Origin: Pristiophorus japonicus
Taxonomy: Eukaryota
Assembly (NCBI RefSeq): GCF_044704955.1
Contig: NC_091984.1
Location: 147,312,001 to 147,376,000 of the forward strand
Direction: 5' to 3'
DNA: 64,000 nt
Shown: piece after piece, positions 47,610 through 62,100 of the stretch
Layout: the number at the start of each line of letters is the position of its first letter
Numbering within the stretch: the first letter of the stretch is position 1
Notes under the pieces: generated by a model
The model's input: only the letters and a program-made list of their open reading frames with translations
Database searches by the model: none
Told to the model about the DNA's origin: nothing
Position numbers and translations under genes: made by a program

Positions 47610-50220
47610 TTCACGCAAAACGTTCATTTATTAGCTGCTGATGCAAGAGGTTTGCAGGTGCGTAACTTCCACGTGGCTTTTCCAGTGTTGTGGGGGGCGG
47701 CGTGGGGGCATGGGTTCATTGCCAGGCTGATTGTCCTCCCCGAGGTCGTCGTCCTCCTCCTCCTCCTCGTCCTCCTCCTCCTCGTCCTTGTCTTCAGCCT
47801 CTCCTCTCTCCTAAGGTGGACCGGCGGTCACATCTGGCAATTGTTGTCCTCCTCTTATAGCTAGGTTATGCAACATGCAGCACACCACAATAAACTCAGT
47901 GACCTGCTCAGGGTGGTATTGTCGGTTGCCAACTGAATGGTCCAGGCATCTGAAGCACTGCTTAAGCACCCCAATTGTCTTTTAGATGATATTGCGTGAT
48001 TACCTGTCGCAATATGGCTTTCCTTGAAGCACTTCTCGGCTTCTCTCTGGGAATTACGCAAGGGGCTCATGAGCCAGCTGGCAAGGCCATATCCTTTATC
48101 CCCCAGCATCCAACCGTGACCTTGTGGCTGACTCTTAAACAGGTCAGAGACAGTGTTCTCACACAAGAAATGCACATCATATATGCTCCCTGGAAAATTA
48201 GCATTTACTGCTAGAATTATTTGTTTGTGGTGGACAACGAGCTGCACATTCAGGGAGTGGAATCCCATTCGGTTTTAAACAGCTCTTCATTCTGTAAAGT
48301 TGCTCTCAGGGTGATGTGCGTACAGTCTATTGCTCCCTGCACCTTGGGGAAGTTTGCTATTCTTGAGAACCCCAAAGCCCCCTCAGTCTGTGCCTCCCTG
48401 GTCATAGGGAAGCTTATAAAGTCACCTGTCGAATGCAACAATGTGTGGCGTGCTGAGAGATACCGCAAATGTCGCCAACAGAGGCCTGAAATGAGCCCAA
48501 TGCGTAGAAGGAAAGTGGCGCAGTAACCTTAACCTCAACAGGCAGTGCGATCCTGATGGTGCTGGTAGGCTGCAGATCTCCCTTAATGAGCTGGCATATC
48601 TCACTGATGACCTCCTTTCGGAAGCGCAGCCTCCTAATGCACGTGTTATCGGACAGGGCCAGGTACGATAGCTTATCAGTGTATATGCATTGGGTATAAC
48701 GTCTCCTCCGGTTAGTCTGACATCAGTAGTGGGGAAAATCTGGGAGTCAATTACTAAGGATGAAATAGCAGCGCATTTGAAGAGCAGTGACAGGATCGGT
48801 CCAAGTCAGCATGGATTTGTGAAAGGGAAATCATGCTTGACAAATCTTCTGGAATTTTTTGAGGATGTAATTGTAGAGAAGACAAGGGAGAACCAGTGGA
48901 TGTGATGTGTTTGGACTTTCAAAAGGCATTTGACTATGTCCCACATAAGAGATTGGTGTGCAAAATCAAAGCGCATGGTATTAGGGGTAATCTACTGGCA
49001 TGGATAGAGAATTGGTTGGCAGACAAGAAGCAGAGAGTCGGGATAAACGGTTCCTTTTCAGAATGGGAGGCAGTGACTAGTGGAGTGCCACAGGGCTCAG
49101 TGCTGGGACCCCAGCTCTTTACATTATACATTAATGATTTGGATGAAGGAATTGAGTGTAATATCTCCAAGTTTGCAGATGACACTAAACTGGGTGGTGG
49201 TGTGAGCTGTGAGGAGGATGCTAAGAGGCTGCAGGGTGATTTGGACAGGTTGGGTGAGTGGGCAGATGCATGCCAGATGCAGTATAATGTGGATAACTGG
49301 TGGCAAAAACACGAGGGCAGAGTAGTACCGGAATGGTGGCAAATTAGGAAAAATGGAGATGCAACGAGACCTGGGTGTCATGGTTCATCAGCTATTGAAA
49401 GTTGTCAAGCAGGTGCAGCAGGCAGTGAAGAAGGCAAATGGTATGTTGGCCTTCATAGCTAGGGGATTTGAGTATAGGAGCAGGGAGGTCTTACTGCATT
49501 TGTACAGGGCCTTGGTGAGGCCTCACCTGGAATATTGTGTTCAGTTTTGGTCTCCTAATCTGAGGAAGGACATTCTTGCTATTGAGGGAGTGCAGCGAAG
49601 GTTCACCAGACTGATTCCAGGGATGGCTGGACTGACATATGAGGAGAGACTGGATCAACTTGGCCTTTATACACTGGAGTTTAGAAGGATGAGAGGGGAT
49701 CTCATAGAAACGTATAAGATTCTGACAGGACGAGACAGGTTAGATGCGGGAAGAATGTTCCCGATGTTGGGAAAGTCCAGAACCAGAGGACACAATCTTA
49801 GAATAAGGGGTAGGCCATTTTGGACTGAGATGAGGAGGAACTTCTTCACTCATAGAGTTGTTGACCTGTGGAATTCCCTACCACAGAGAGTCGTTGATGC
49901 CAGTTCATTGGATATATTCAAGAGGGAGTTAGATGTAGCCCTTACAGCTAAAGGGATCAAAGGGTATGGAGAGAAAGCGGGAAAGGGGTACTGAGGGAAT
50001 GATCAGCCATGATCTTATTGAATGGTGGTGCAGGCTCGAAGGGCCGAATGGCCTACTCCTGCACCTATTTTCTATGTTTCTATGTTTCTATGTTTCCTCC
50101 TCAGCAGTAAGCCATCTCTTTGATTGGGCACATAATGCTCTTCAATATACCTTCTCCCATCTGTAGTCTGCAACATGTGATTAGAGACCAATAGTGGTTG
50201 AGAAATTACAGGCCCTCACA
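47610..50220 (-). pseudogene. PIF/Harbinger (HARBI1-like) DDE transposase, split by a CR1 insertion
   Basis: IRRLRFRKEV, FPKVQGAIDCTHI, GFHSLNVQLV, NFPGS, LGDKGY, CCMLHNLA, acidic C-terminus. Confidence 0.88.
48709..50094 (+). mobile_element. 5'-truncated CR1/HER1 LINE
   Basis: RT motifs, (TTTCTATG)3 tail, TCCTC on both sides. Confidence 0.92.
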
Positions 50221-50744
50221 CTATAAATCGCTATAAATGCCCTTAATATGTCCTCAACAGATACAAATGTGATTAGATGATTGGAAGGGTCAAAAAGACC
50301 CTTAAAACCATTCACAAATTGATTCTCCTCACAAGTACCTGAAGCAGCCTTTCAGTACAGATCCTCCGAGTCACAAAATGACGTCCGTAGTGCCGAGTAC
50401 TGCCGACTAGTGCCGACTTTAGGTCAAGTGATGCAGCTTTTCTTCAGCGACCTTTTTGGCCAGCAATCATTTCGGCGACGTATGGGCGAAATGCCGAAAG
50501 TTGCGGTCGCCGATAATCTGCCGCAAGTTTCCATTTTCAGCCCAATTTTCGGCCTTGCACGCGGATGATGTCATTTAAAAAAAAAAAATTAGGCTGAGCG
50601 ATGCAGCACATTCATGTCGCCAAAAGTTGGACCAGCAACAAATGGGCGATAATTGGGTGCTAGTTTCAACTTTCCAGCAAATATGGGCGGTAGCCTGAAT
50701 CTTTGCGCTTATGTGGGCGATTAATGGTCGCTAAATGGTCGATC

Positions 50745-51818
50745 AATGGGCGATCAATGGGCGATCAATGGGCAATAAATGAGCGATAAATGGGCGATCA
50801 ATGAGCGATCAATGAGCGATCAATGGGCGATCGATGGGCGATCAATGGGCGATCAATGGGCGATCAATGGGCGATCAATGGGCGATCAATGGGCGGTAAA
50901 TGGGCGATCAATGGGCGATCAATGGGCGATCAATGGGCGATCAATGGGTGATCAATGGGCGATCAATGGGCGATAAATGGGTGATCAATGGGCGATAAAT
51001 GGGCGATCAATGGGCGATAAATGGGCGATCAATGGGTGATCAATGGGCGATAAATGAGCGATACATGGGCGATCAATGGGCGATAAATGAGCGATAAATG
51101 GGTGATCAATGGGCGATCAATGGGCGATCAATGGGCGATCAATGGGCGATCAATGGGCAATAAATGGGTGATCAATGGGCAATAAATGAGCGATCAATGG
51201 TTGATAACTGTGCGATAAATGAGCGATAACTGGGCGATCAATGGGCGATCGATGGGTGATAAATGGGCGATCAATGGGCGATCAATGGGTGATCAATGGG
51301 CGATCAATGGGCAATAAATGAGCGATCAATGGTTGATAACTGGGCGATAAATGAACGATAACTGGGCTATCAATGGGCGATCAATGGGTGATAAATGGGC
51401 GATCAATGGGTGATAAATGGGCGATCAATGGGCGATTAATGGGTGATAAATGGGCGATCAATGGGCGATCAATGGGCAATAAATGAGCGATCAATGGTTG
51501 ATAACTGGGCGATAAATGAGCGATAACTGGGCGATCAATGGGCGATCAATGGGCGATCAATGGGCGATCAATGGGTGATCAATGGGCGATCAATGGGCGA
51601 TCAATGGGCGATAACTGGGCGATCAATGGGCGATCAATGGGCGATCAATGGGTGAACAATGGGCGATCAATGGGCGATCAATGGGCGATCAATGGGTGAT
51701 CAATGGGCGATCAATGAGCGATCAATGGGTGATCAATGGGTGATCAATGGGCGATCAATGGGTGATCAATGGGTGATAACTGGGCGATCAATGGGCGATC
51801 AATGGGTGATCAATGGGC
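50745..51818. repeat. 11-bp satellite (ATGGGCGATCA)n, ~97 units, in the Harbinger subterminal region
   Basis: Tandem units; dispersed ATGGGCG motifs upstream; possible element terminus ...TCTAGCCC at 51842. Confidence 0.95.
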
Positions 51819-51844
51819 CATGATGTGCTGAATGTCTAGCCCGT

Positions 51845-52050
51845 AGAGTCTTTAATGTAGTAAAACATCCCAAGGCGCTTCACAGGGGTGTTATAAGACA
51901 AAAAAATATGTATTTATGGCAGATGACGAAAAGCTTGCTCAAAGAGGTAGGTTTTAAGGCATGTTTTAAAGGAGGAGGAGAGAGATAGAGAGGCGGGGAG
52001 GTTTAAGGAGGGAGTTCTAGAGCTTGGGGCCTAAGCAGCTGGAGGCACAT
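51845..52050 (-). mobile_element. L2 3' fragment
   Basis: Reverse complement of the L2 tail seen at 25200-25400. Confidence 0.7.
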
Positions 52051-52342
52051 AGATCAAGAACCCCACAGATTCCTCTACACTGCACCATTCTGTAATCTCT
52101 CTCCATTTAAAGAATTTGCTTTTAATTTTTCCTGCCAAAGTGGATAACCTCACATTTTCCCACAATATACTTAATCTGCCAAATTTTTGCCCACTCACTT
52201 AGCCTATTTACATAACAACATAAGAAATAGGAGCAGGAGAATGCCATACGGCCCCTCGAGCCTGCTTCGCCATTTAATAAGGTCATGGCTGATCCGATCA
52301 TGGACTCAGGTCCAATTCCCTGCCCGCTTCACGTAACCCCTT

Positions 52343-52534
52343 TGTTGTGTATGAATAAGGAGTCTGACTGGATACTGTGAGCTCAAAGTAAAGTGCGCCC
52401 TTAGTCTTTTATTGCAGGTCTCCAGAGTGTCTCTCCAGCCTGTGAGGCCTCCTTAAGTACCTGTGCTCCCAAGGGATTGTGTGAAGAGCTCTCTGGTGGC
52501 TACACAAGGTATATACAGGTTTACATATATAACA
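52343..52534 (-). repeat. Gypsy solo LTR with 5-bp TSD (CCCTT/TCCTT)
   Basis: Reverse-complement homolog of 14867-15076; TG...CA ends. Confidence 0.9.
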
Positions 52535-55500
52535 TCCTTATTCCCTTATCGGTTACATAACTGTCTATCTCTTTCTTAAATTTATTCAATGACCAGCATC
52601 CACAGTTCTCTGAGGCAGTAAATTCTGCAGATTTACAACCCTCAGAGAAGAAATTCCTCCTCATCTCAGTTTTAAATGGGCGGCCCCTTATTCTGAAATT
52701 ATGCCCCCTAATTCTAGTCTCCCTTATCAGTGAAAACATCCTCTCTGTATCCACCTTGTCAAGCCCCCTCATAATCTTATACATGTTGATAAGATCACCT
52801 CCCATTCTTCTGAATTCCAATGAGTAGAGGTACAACCTACACAACCTTTCCTCATAAGTCTACCCCTTCATCTCCGGAATCAACCTAGTGAACCTTCTCT
52901 GATCTGCTTCCAAAGCAAGTATATCCTTTCTTAAATATGGAAACAAAAACTGTATGCAGTATTCCAGGTGTGGCCTCACCAATACCCTGTATAACTGTAG
53001 CAAGACTGCCCTGCTTTTATACTCTATCCCCTTTGCAATAAAGGCCAAGATTCCATTGGCCTTCCTGATCACTTGCTGTTCCTGCATACTATACTTTTGT
53101 GTTGCATGCACCAGAAACCTCAGGTCCTGCTGTACTGCAGCACCTTGCAATTGTTCTCCATTTAAATAGTAACATGCTCTTCGATTTTTTTCTGCCAAAG
53201 TGCATGACCTCACACTGTCTAACATTATACTGCATCTGCGAAATGTTTGCCCACTCACATAGCCTGTCTATGTCCTTTTGCAGATTTTATGTGTCCTCCT
53301 CACACATTGCTTTTCCTCCTCTCTTTGTATCATCAGCAAACTTGGCTACATTACACTCAGTCCCTTCTTCCAAGTTGCTAATATAGATTGTAAATAGTTG
53401 GGGTCGCAGAACTGATCCCTGCGGCACCCCACTAATTACTGATTGCCAACCTGTGAATGAACCATTTATCCCAACTCTCTGCTTTCTGTTAGTTAGCCAA
53501 TCCTATATCCATGCTAATATATTACCTCCAACCCCGTGAAATTTTATCTTGTGCATTAACCTTTTATGTGGCACCTTGTCAAATGCCTTCTGGAAGTCCA
53601 AATACACCACACCCACTGGTTCCCCTTTATCCACCCTGTTTGTTACATCCTCAAAGAATTCCAGCAAATTTGTCAAACATGGCTTTCCCTTCATAAATCC
53701 ATGCTGACTCTGCCTGACTGAATTATGCTTTTCCAAATGTCCTGCTACTGCTTCTTTAATAATGGACTCCAACATTTTCCCAACCACAGATGTCAGGCTA
53801 ACTGGTCTATCGTTTCCAGCTTTTTGTCTGCCTCCTTTTTTAAATAGGGGCGGTACATTTTCAGTTTTCCAATCTGCTGGGACCTTCCCAGAATCCAGGG
53901 AATTTAGTTAAATTGTGACCAATGCAGCCACTAACCTTGTTGCTACTGCTCTTAAGACCCTAGGATGCAAGCCATCAGGTCCAGGGGATTTATTCGCATT
54001 TAGTCCCATTATCTTACTGAGTACCACCTCCTTCGTGATTGTGATTGTGTTAAGCTCGTTCCAACCATCCAATATCCACTGTTGGGATATTATTTGTGTC
54101 CACTACCGTAAAGACTGACACAAAATATTTGTTCAGAGTTTCTGCTATCTCCATGTTCCCCATCATTAATTCCCCGGTCTCATCTTCTCAGGGACCAACA
54201 TTTATTTTAGCCACTCTTTTCCTTTTTATATACGTTTAGAAACTCTTGCTATCTGTTTTTATATTTCGTGCTAGTTTACTTTCAGAGACTATGTTCACTT
54301 TCTTAATCATTTTTTTAGTCATTCTTTGTTGGCTTTTAAAAGCTTCCCAATCTTCTGTCCTCCCACTAGTTTTGGTCACCTTGTATGCCCTTGTTTTTAA
54401 TTGGATACCATCCTTTATTTCTTTAGTTAGCGATGGATGGCTTCACCCTTTCCTCCTCACTGGAAAATATTTTTCTTGAGAGTTATTAAATATCTCCTTA
54501 AATGTACATCACTGTTCATCAACCGTCCTAAACCTTAATCTATTTTCCCAGTCCACTTTAGTCAACTCTGCCCTCATACCTTTGTAGTCTCCTTTATTTA
54601 AGCTTTGTATGCTGGCTTGAGATTCAACTTTCTCGCCCTCCATCCGAATTTGAAATTCAACCATGTTATCATCACTCAGTCCAAGGGGATCCTTTACTGG
54701 GAGATTGTTTATTAATACTGTCTCATTATACAGGACCAGATCTAAGATAGCCTACCCCCTGGTTGGTTCCTTTTCATACTGCTCAAGGAACCCGTTCCTT
54801 ATGCACTCTACGAACTCCTCCTCAAGTCTATCCTGACCATTTTGATTTGTTCAATCAATGTGGAGGTTAAAATCGCCCATAATTATTGCTGTTCCCTTTT
54901 TACAAACCCTCACTATTTCTTGGTTTGTACTCCGACCATCAGAGTTGCTACTGTTAGGGGGCCTATAGACTACGCCCAGCAGTGACTTTTCCCCCTTATT
55001 ATTCCTTATCTCCACACAAACTGTTTCAACATCCTGATCATTTGAGCCAATATCATTTCTCACTATTGCAGTGATTCCATCCTTTACCAACAGAGGTATC
55101 CCACCTCCTTTTCCTTTCTATCTGTCCTTCCGAATTGTCAAGTACCCCTGAATGTTTAGTTCCAAGTTTTGGTCACCTTGCAACCACGTCGCTGTTGTGG
55201 CTATCAGATCATACCCATTTGTAACTATTTGTGCCGACAGCTCATCTGTTTTGTTACGAATGTTATGTGTTTCAGATAAAGAGCTTTTAAACGTGTTTTC
55301 ATACCATTTTCTCCTGCTATGGTCCCAGTTTCTGATACACTCTTTTGTTTATACATTCTATCCCTTCCTGTCATGCACTGGTTTTTGTTTCTCCCAATGC
55401 TACCCTGCTCTATTGCCTTATTCTTTGAGCTTTTAGGTTTCTGCTCACCTGAAACCTCCCCCCTATCTATTGCCCTGTGCAGATTCTTTGCGTCCTCCTC

Positions 55501-57530
55501 ACAAATTGCTTTCCCAACTATCTTTGTATCATCAGCAAATTTCGCTACATAACACTCAGTTCCTTCATCCAAGTCATTAATATAGATTGTAAATAGTTGA
55601 GGCCCCAGCACCGATCCCTGTGGCAGCCCACTAGTTACCGTTTTACAACCTGAAACTGGCCCATTTATCCCGATTCTCAGTTATCTGTTAGTTAGCCAAT
55701 CCTCTATCGATGCTAATATATTACCCCCAACCCCGTGTGTTCTTATCTTGTGCAGTAATCTTTTATGTGGCACGTTATCGAATGCCTTCTGGAAATCCAA
55801 ATACACGACATCTACTGGTTCCCGTTTATCCACCCTGCTCGTTACATCCTCAAAGAACTCCAGCAAATGTGTTAAACATGATTTACCTTTCATAAAACCA
55901 TGCTGACTCTGATTGACTGTGTTATGATTTTCTCCATGTCCTGCTACTACTTCCTTAATGAAGGACTCCAGCATTTTCCCCAATGACAAATGTTACGCTA
56001 ACTGGTCTATAGTTTCCTTCTTTCTGTCTCCCTCCTTTCTTAAATAGGGGCGTTACATTTGCCATTTTCTCATCCGCTGGGACCTCTCCAGAATCCAGGG
56101 AATTTTAGTAGATTACAACCAATGCATCCACTATCTCTGCAGTTACTTCTTTAAAGACCCTAGGATGCAGGCCATCAGGTCCAGGGGACTTGTCCATCTT
56201 TAGTCCCATTAGTTTGCCGAGTACTTTTTCTCCAGTGATTGTTTTAAGAACATATGAACATAAGAAATAGGAGCAGGATTAGTCCATTTGGCCCCTCGAG
56301 CATGCTCCGCCATTTAATAAGTTCATGGCTGATCTGATCATGGACGCTCCCCATAACCTTTTATTCCCTTATCGCTCAAAAATCTGTCTATCTCCGCCTT
56401 AAATATATTCAATGACCCAGCATCCACAGCTCTCTGCGGCAGAGAATTCCACAGATTTGCAACCCTCTGAGAGAAGACATTTCTCCACATCTCAGTTTTA
56501 AATGGGCAGCTCCTTATTCTAAGACTATGTCCCCTATTTTTAGTTTCCTCTATGAGTGAAAATATCTTCTCTGCGTCCACCTTGTCGAGTCCCCTCATTA
56601 TTTTATATGTTTCAATAAGAATCCTCTCATTCTTCTGAACTCCAATGATTATAGGCCCAACCTACTCAACCTATCTTCATGTCAACCCCCCTCATCTCCG
56701 GAATCAACCTAGTGAACCTTCTCTGAAATGCCTGCAATGCAAGTATGTCCTTCCTTAAATACAGAGACCAAAACTGCATGCAGTATTCTAGGTGTGGTCT
56801 CACAGTTGTAGCAGAACTTCTCTGCTTTTATACTCTATTCCCCTTGCAATGATTTGCCTTCCTGATTAAGTTCGCCCCTCTCAAAAGTCCCTTGATTATC
56901 AATTATTAGGATGTTTCAAGTGTTTTCTACCATGAAGACCAAGACAAAATATTTGTTGAAAGTTTCTGCAATTTCCCTGTTCCCCATTATTAATTCCTCA
57001 GTCTCATCCTCGAAAGGACCAACGTTTACTTTAACTACTCTCTTCCTTTTTATATACCTGTGGCAGTTCTTATTGTGTGTTTTTATATTTCTTGCTAGTT
57101 TACTCTCATAAACTGTCTTCTCTTTATTATTTTTTTTTGTTGTCCTTTGCTGGTTTGAAAAATTTCCCAATCCTCTGGCTTTCCATTATTCTTCGCAACA
57201 TTGCATGCTTTTGTTTTTAATTCGATACCATCCTTTCCTTCCTTAGTTAGCCATGGATGGTTCATCCTTCTCTTAGAGTCTTTCTTTCTCACTGGAATAT
57301 ATCTTTTCTGAGAGTTTTGAAATATCTCTTTAAATATTTGCCAGTGCTTCTTTACTGTCTTACACTTTAATATATTTTCCCAGTCCACTTTAGCCAACTC
57401 TGCCTTCATACCTTTGTAATTCCCTTTATATAAGTTCAGGACCCTAGTTTGAGACCAAGGTTTATCACCCTGAAACTGAATTTGAAATTCTACCATGCTA
57501 TGATCACTCTTCCCAAGAGGATCCTTTACT

Positions 57531-58489
57531 TTGCCTTCTCCTCCTTCTTAAGCAGTCCTTCGGAGTCGAGGATGACTTGTTTCCACACTAATATGTGTTC
57601 TCAGGTGACTGATGAGTCCAGTGTGGGACCAACAGTCTTTGTCACAAGTGGGGCAGATGGTGGTTAAAGGGATGGGTGGGTCGGGTACTTGGGTTGTCAT
57701 GCACTCCTTCTGCTGTTAGCGCTTGGCTTCCGTTTGCTCCCAGTGAAGAAACTCGAGGTGTTCGGTGCCTTCCCGAATGTCTCCTCCAGTCTTGGGACCG
57801 AGATTTCCAAATGTCGGTGGGGATGTTACACTATTTCAAGGAGGCTTTGAGGGTGTCCTTGAAGCATATTGTCTGCTCACCTGGGGTTTGCTTGCCATGT
57901 TGGAGATCTGAGTAGAGTGCTTGTTTTGGGCGTCTAGTGTCAGGCATGCGGACGATGTGGCCCAACCATCGGAGCTGATTGAGTGTGGACAGTGTTTCAA
58001 TGCTGGGGATGTTGACCTGAGTGAAAACACTAATGTCGATGCGCCTATCCTGCCAATGGATTTGCAGGATCTTGCGGAGGCAGCGTTGGTGGTACTTCTC
58101 CAGTGGTTTGAGGTACTTGCTGTATATAGTCCATGTATCTGAAGCGTCTAGGAGAGCGGGATCACTACTGCCCTGTAGACCATGAGCTTGGTCCGGCTAT
58201 GAGGTCCTGGTCTTCAAACATTCCCTTCCTCAGGCGACCGAAGGCTGCACTGGCACATTGAAGACGGTGTTAGACTTCATCATCGTCGTTTTCCTTTGTT
58301 GACAGTAGGCTCCCGAGGTATGGAACATGGTCCACGTTGTCCAAAGCCTCGTCATGGATTTTGATAATCGGGGAGTAGTACTGTATGGCGGGGGCAGGTT
58401 GGTAGAGGACCTTAATCTTACGGATGTTTAATGTAAGACCCATACTCTCGTACGCTTCGGTGAAGGTGTTGACGATGGCTTGAAGTTCA
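57531..58489 (-). mobile_element. RTE LINE 3' fragment
   Basis: ELQAIVNTF...GLTLNIRK, YLGS; 3' end gtcatcctcgactccgaaggactgcttaagaagg. Confidence 0.85.
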
Positions 58490-59174
58490 ACTATGATATA
58501 ATTAATTAATCCAGTCTCATTACACAGTACCAGATCTAAAATAGCCTGATCCCTGATTGGTTCCACAATGCATTGTTCTAAGAAACCATCCTGAATACAC
58601 TCAATGAATTCTTCTTCAAGGCTACCTTTGCCAATTTGATTTGTCCAATCAATATGAAGATTGAAATCACCGATGATTGTTGCTGTACCTTTCTTACAAG
58701 CCTCCATTAATTCTTGATTTGTACTTGGTGCTACAGTGTACTACTGTTAGGGGGCCTATAGACTACTCCCACCAGTTACTTTTTCCCTTTAATTTTTATC
58801 CCTACCCAAACTGATTCTACATCTTGATCTTCTGAGCCAATATCATTTCTCACTACTGCACTGATCTCATCCTTTATTAACCCCACCTCCTTTTCCTTTC
58901 TGCTTATCCTTCCGAAATGGCAAATAACCCTGAATATTCAGTTCCCAGCTTTGGTCACCTTGCAACCACGTCTCTGTAATGGTTATCAGATGTATCCCCA
59001 TGTATTTCTATTTGTGCTGTCAACTCATCTATTTTGTTATGCATGCTGCATGCATTCAGATTAAAGAGCTTTTAATTTTGTCTTTTTACCATTTTCCCTA
59101 CTCTGACCCAACTTTCTGATGCACTTATGTTTATATGCTCTGTCCCTACCTGTCATGCTTTGGTTATCATTCTC

Positions 59175-62100
59175 CCTTCAGGTATTTATCCAATTCCCTT
59201 TTGGAGGCTACTATTGAATCCATTTCCACTACCCGATCGGGAATGTTCCCGTTAAGTTCTGTGGCCATTCAATGATCTGGAGGTCCTGCCCAGGCTGCTT
59301 GCTGGCTTTTAAATGGAAAAACTGCGCATGCACGATTATTTGGGCTGAAACCCCGAAAAATGTAAGCTGGAATTTTGCTATCAGGCAGCGCTTTCCAAAT
59401 CCCAACCACTCGGTGCGTAAAAAAAGTTTTCCCTCATTTCGCCTCTGGTTCTTTTGCCAGTCAACTTAAATCTGTGCCCTCTGGTTATCAACCCTTCCAC
59501 CATTGCAAACAGTTTCTCTTTATTTACTCCATCTAAACCCTTCATGGTTTTAACCAATCTTCTCATAGCCTTCTCTGCTCTAAGGAAAACAACCCCAACT
59601 TCTTCAGTCTATCCCCGGAACTGTAATCCCTCATCCCTGGAACCATTGTAGTAAATCTCTTCTGTACCCTCTCCAATACCATCACTTCCTTCCTAAGGTG
59701 TGGTGCCCAGAATTGGACACAATACTCCAGCTGGGGCCAACTCGTCTTTGATATAGGTTTAGTGTAACTTCCTGGCTTTTGTACTCTATGCCTCTTATTT
59801 TTAAAGCCTAGGATCCCAGATGCTTTGCTAACCTGTCCAACCACCTTCAAATATTTGTGCATAAACCCCCCCAGGTCTCCCTTCTTGCACCCCCTTTAAA
59901 ATTGCCCCACTTAGCTTGTATTATCTCTGCACATTCCTCCCGCCAAAATGTCTTCCATCAGACTTTGCTGCATTGATTTCCATCTGCCATGTGTCTGCCC
60001 ATTTCACCAGCCTGTCTGTGTCCTCTTGAAGTCGCTTGCTATCTTCCTCACTGTTTACTGCACTTCCATGTTTTGGGCTATTTACAAATTGCCTAGTTGT
60101 ATCCTATATTCCCCCTCCCCAAAGCCCAAATCATTAATGTGAATCAAACGCAGCAGTGGTCCTGGTCCTGAACCCTGGGGAACACCACTGTTCACCTGTC
60201 TCCAGTCTGGAAAACAGACATTCAACACCACACTTATCCCTTGGCCAATATTGTGTCCATGCTGTTCCTGACCCCTTTATCCCATCAGCTTCAATTTTGT
60301 TAACTTGCCTAATACGTGGTACTTTATCAAATGTTTGAAAGTCCAAAAACACATTATAAGAACATAAGAAATAGGAGCAGGAGTAGGCCATACAGCCCCT
60401 CGAGCCTGCTCCGCCATTTAATACGATCATGGCTGATCCGATCATGGTCTCAACTCCACTTCTCTGCCCGTTCCCCATAATCCCTTATCCCCTTATCGTT
60501 TAAGAAACTGTCTATTTCTGTCTCAAATTTATTCAATGTCCCAGCTTCCACAGCTTTCTGAGGCAGTGAATTCCACAGATTTACAACCTTCTGAGAGAAG
60601 AAATTTCTTCTCATCTCAGTTTAAAATGGGCAGCCCCTTATTCTAATTCGCTCTCTCGTTCTAGTCTCCCCCATTAGTGGAAACATCCTCTCAGCATTCA
60701 CTTTGTCAAGCCCCCTCATAACCTTATACGTTTCGATAAGATCACCTCTCATTCTTTTGAATTTCAATGAGTAGAGGCCCAACCTATTCAACCTTTCCTC
60801 ATAAATAAACCTTCTCATCTCTGGAATCAATCTAGTGAACCCTCTCTGAATTGTCTCCAAAGCAAATATATCTTTTCGTAAATATGGAAACCAAAACTGC
60901 ACACAGTATTCCAGGCTTCACCAATACCCTGTAAAACTTCCCTGCTTTTGTACTCCATTGCCTTTGCAATAAAGGCCAAGATTCCATTGGCCTTCCTGAT
61001 CACTTGCTGTGCCTGCATACTATCATTTTGTGTTTCATGCATAAGTACCCCCAGGTCCCGCTGTATTGCAGCACTTTGCAATCTTTCTCCATTTAAATAA
61101 TAACATGCACTTTGATTTTTTTCAGCCAAAGTGCATGATCTCACATTTTCCAACATTATACTGCCAAATGTTTGCCCACTCACTGAGCCTGTCTATGTCC
61201 TTTTGCAGATTTTTTGTGTCCTCCTCACACGTTGCTTTTCCTCCCAGCTTTGTATTGTCAGCAAACTTGGCTACGTTACACTCAGTCCCTTCTTCCAAGT
61301 CGTTAATATAGATTGTAAATAGTTGGGGTCCCAGCACTGATCCCTGCGGCACCCTACTAGTTACTGATTGCCAATCCGAGAATGAACCATTTATCCCAAC
61401 TCTCTGTTTTCTGTTAGTTAGCCAATCCTCTAACCATGCTAATACATTACTTCCATCCCCGTGAAACATAGAAACATAGAAAATAGGTGCAGGAGTAGGC
61501 CATTCGGCCCTTCGAGCCTGCACCGCCATTCAATAAGATCATGGCTGATCATTCCCTCAGTACCCCTTTTCTTCTTTCTCTCCATTCCCCTTGATCCCCT
61601 TAGCCGTAAGGGCCATATCTAACTCCATCTTGAATATATCCAATGAACTGGCATCAACAACTCTCTGCGGCAGGGAATTCCATAGGTTAACAACTCTCTG
61701 AGTGAAGAAGTTTCTTCTCATCTAAGACCAAAATGGCCTACCCCTTATCCTAAGACTATGTCCCCTGGTTCTAGACTTCCCCAACATCGGGAACATTCTT
61801 CCAGCATCTAACCTGTCCAGTCCCGTCAGAATCTTATACGTTTCTATGAGATCCCCTCTCATCCTTCTAAACTCCAGTGAATAAAGGCCCAGTTGATCCA
61901 GTCTCTCCTTATATGACAGTCCAGCCATCCTTGGAATCAGTCTGGTGAACCTTCGCTGCACTCCCTCAATAGCAATAACGTCCTTCCTCAGATTAGGAGA
62001 TCAAAACTGAACACAATATTTCAGGTGTGGACTCACTAAGGACCTGTACAACTGCAGTAAGACCTCCCTGCTCCTATACTCAAATCCCCTAGCTATGAAG

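Larger units (their letters stand above)
52050..59175 (-). mobile_element. Nested CR1 cluster: host CR1 split by CR1 (52211-55462), CR1 (56246-56870) and RTE (57531-58489)
   Basis: Host ORF2 sequence resumes after each insert; each insert starts with its own tail. Confidence 0.8.
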
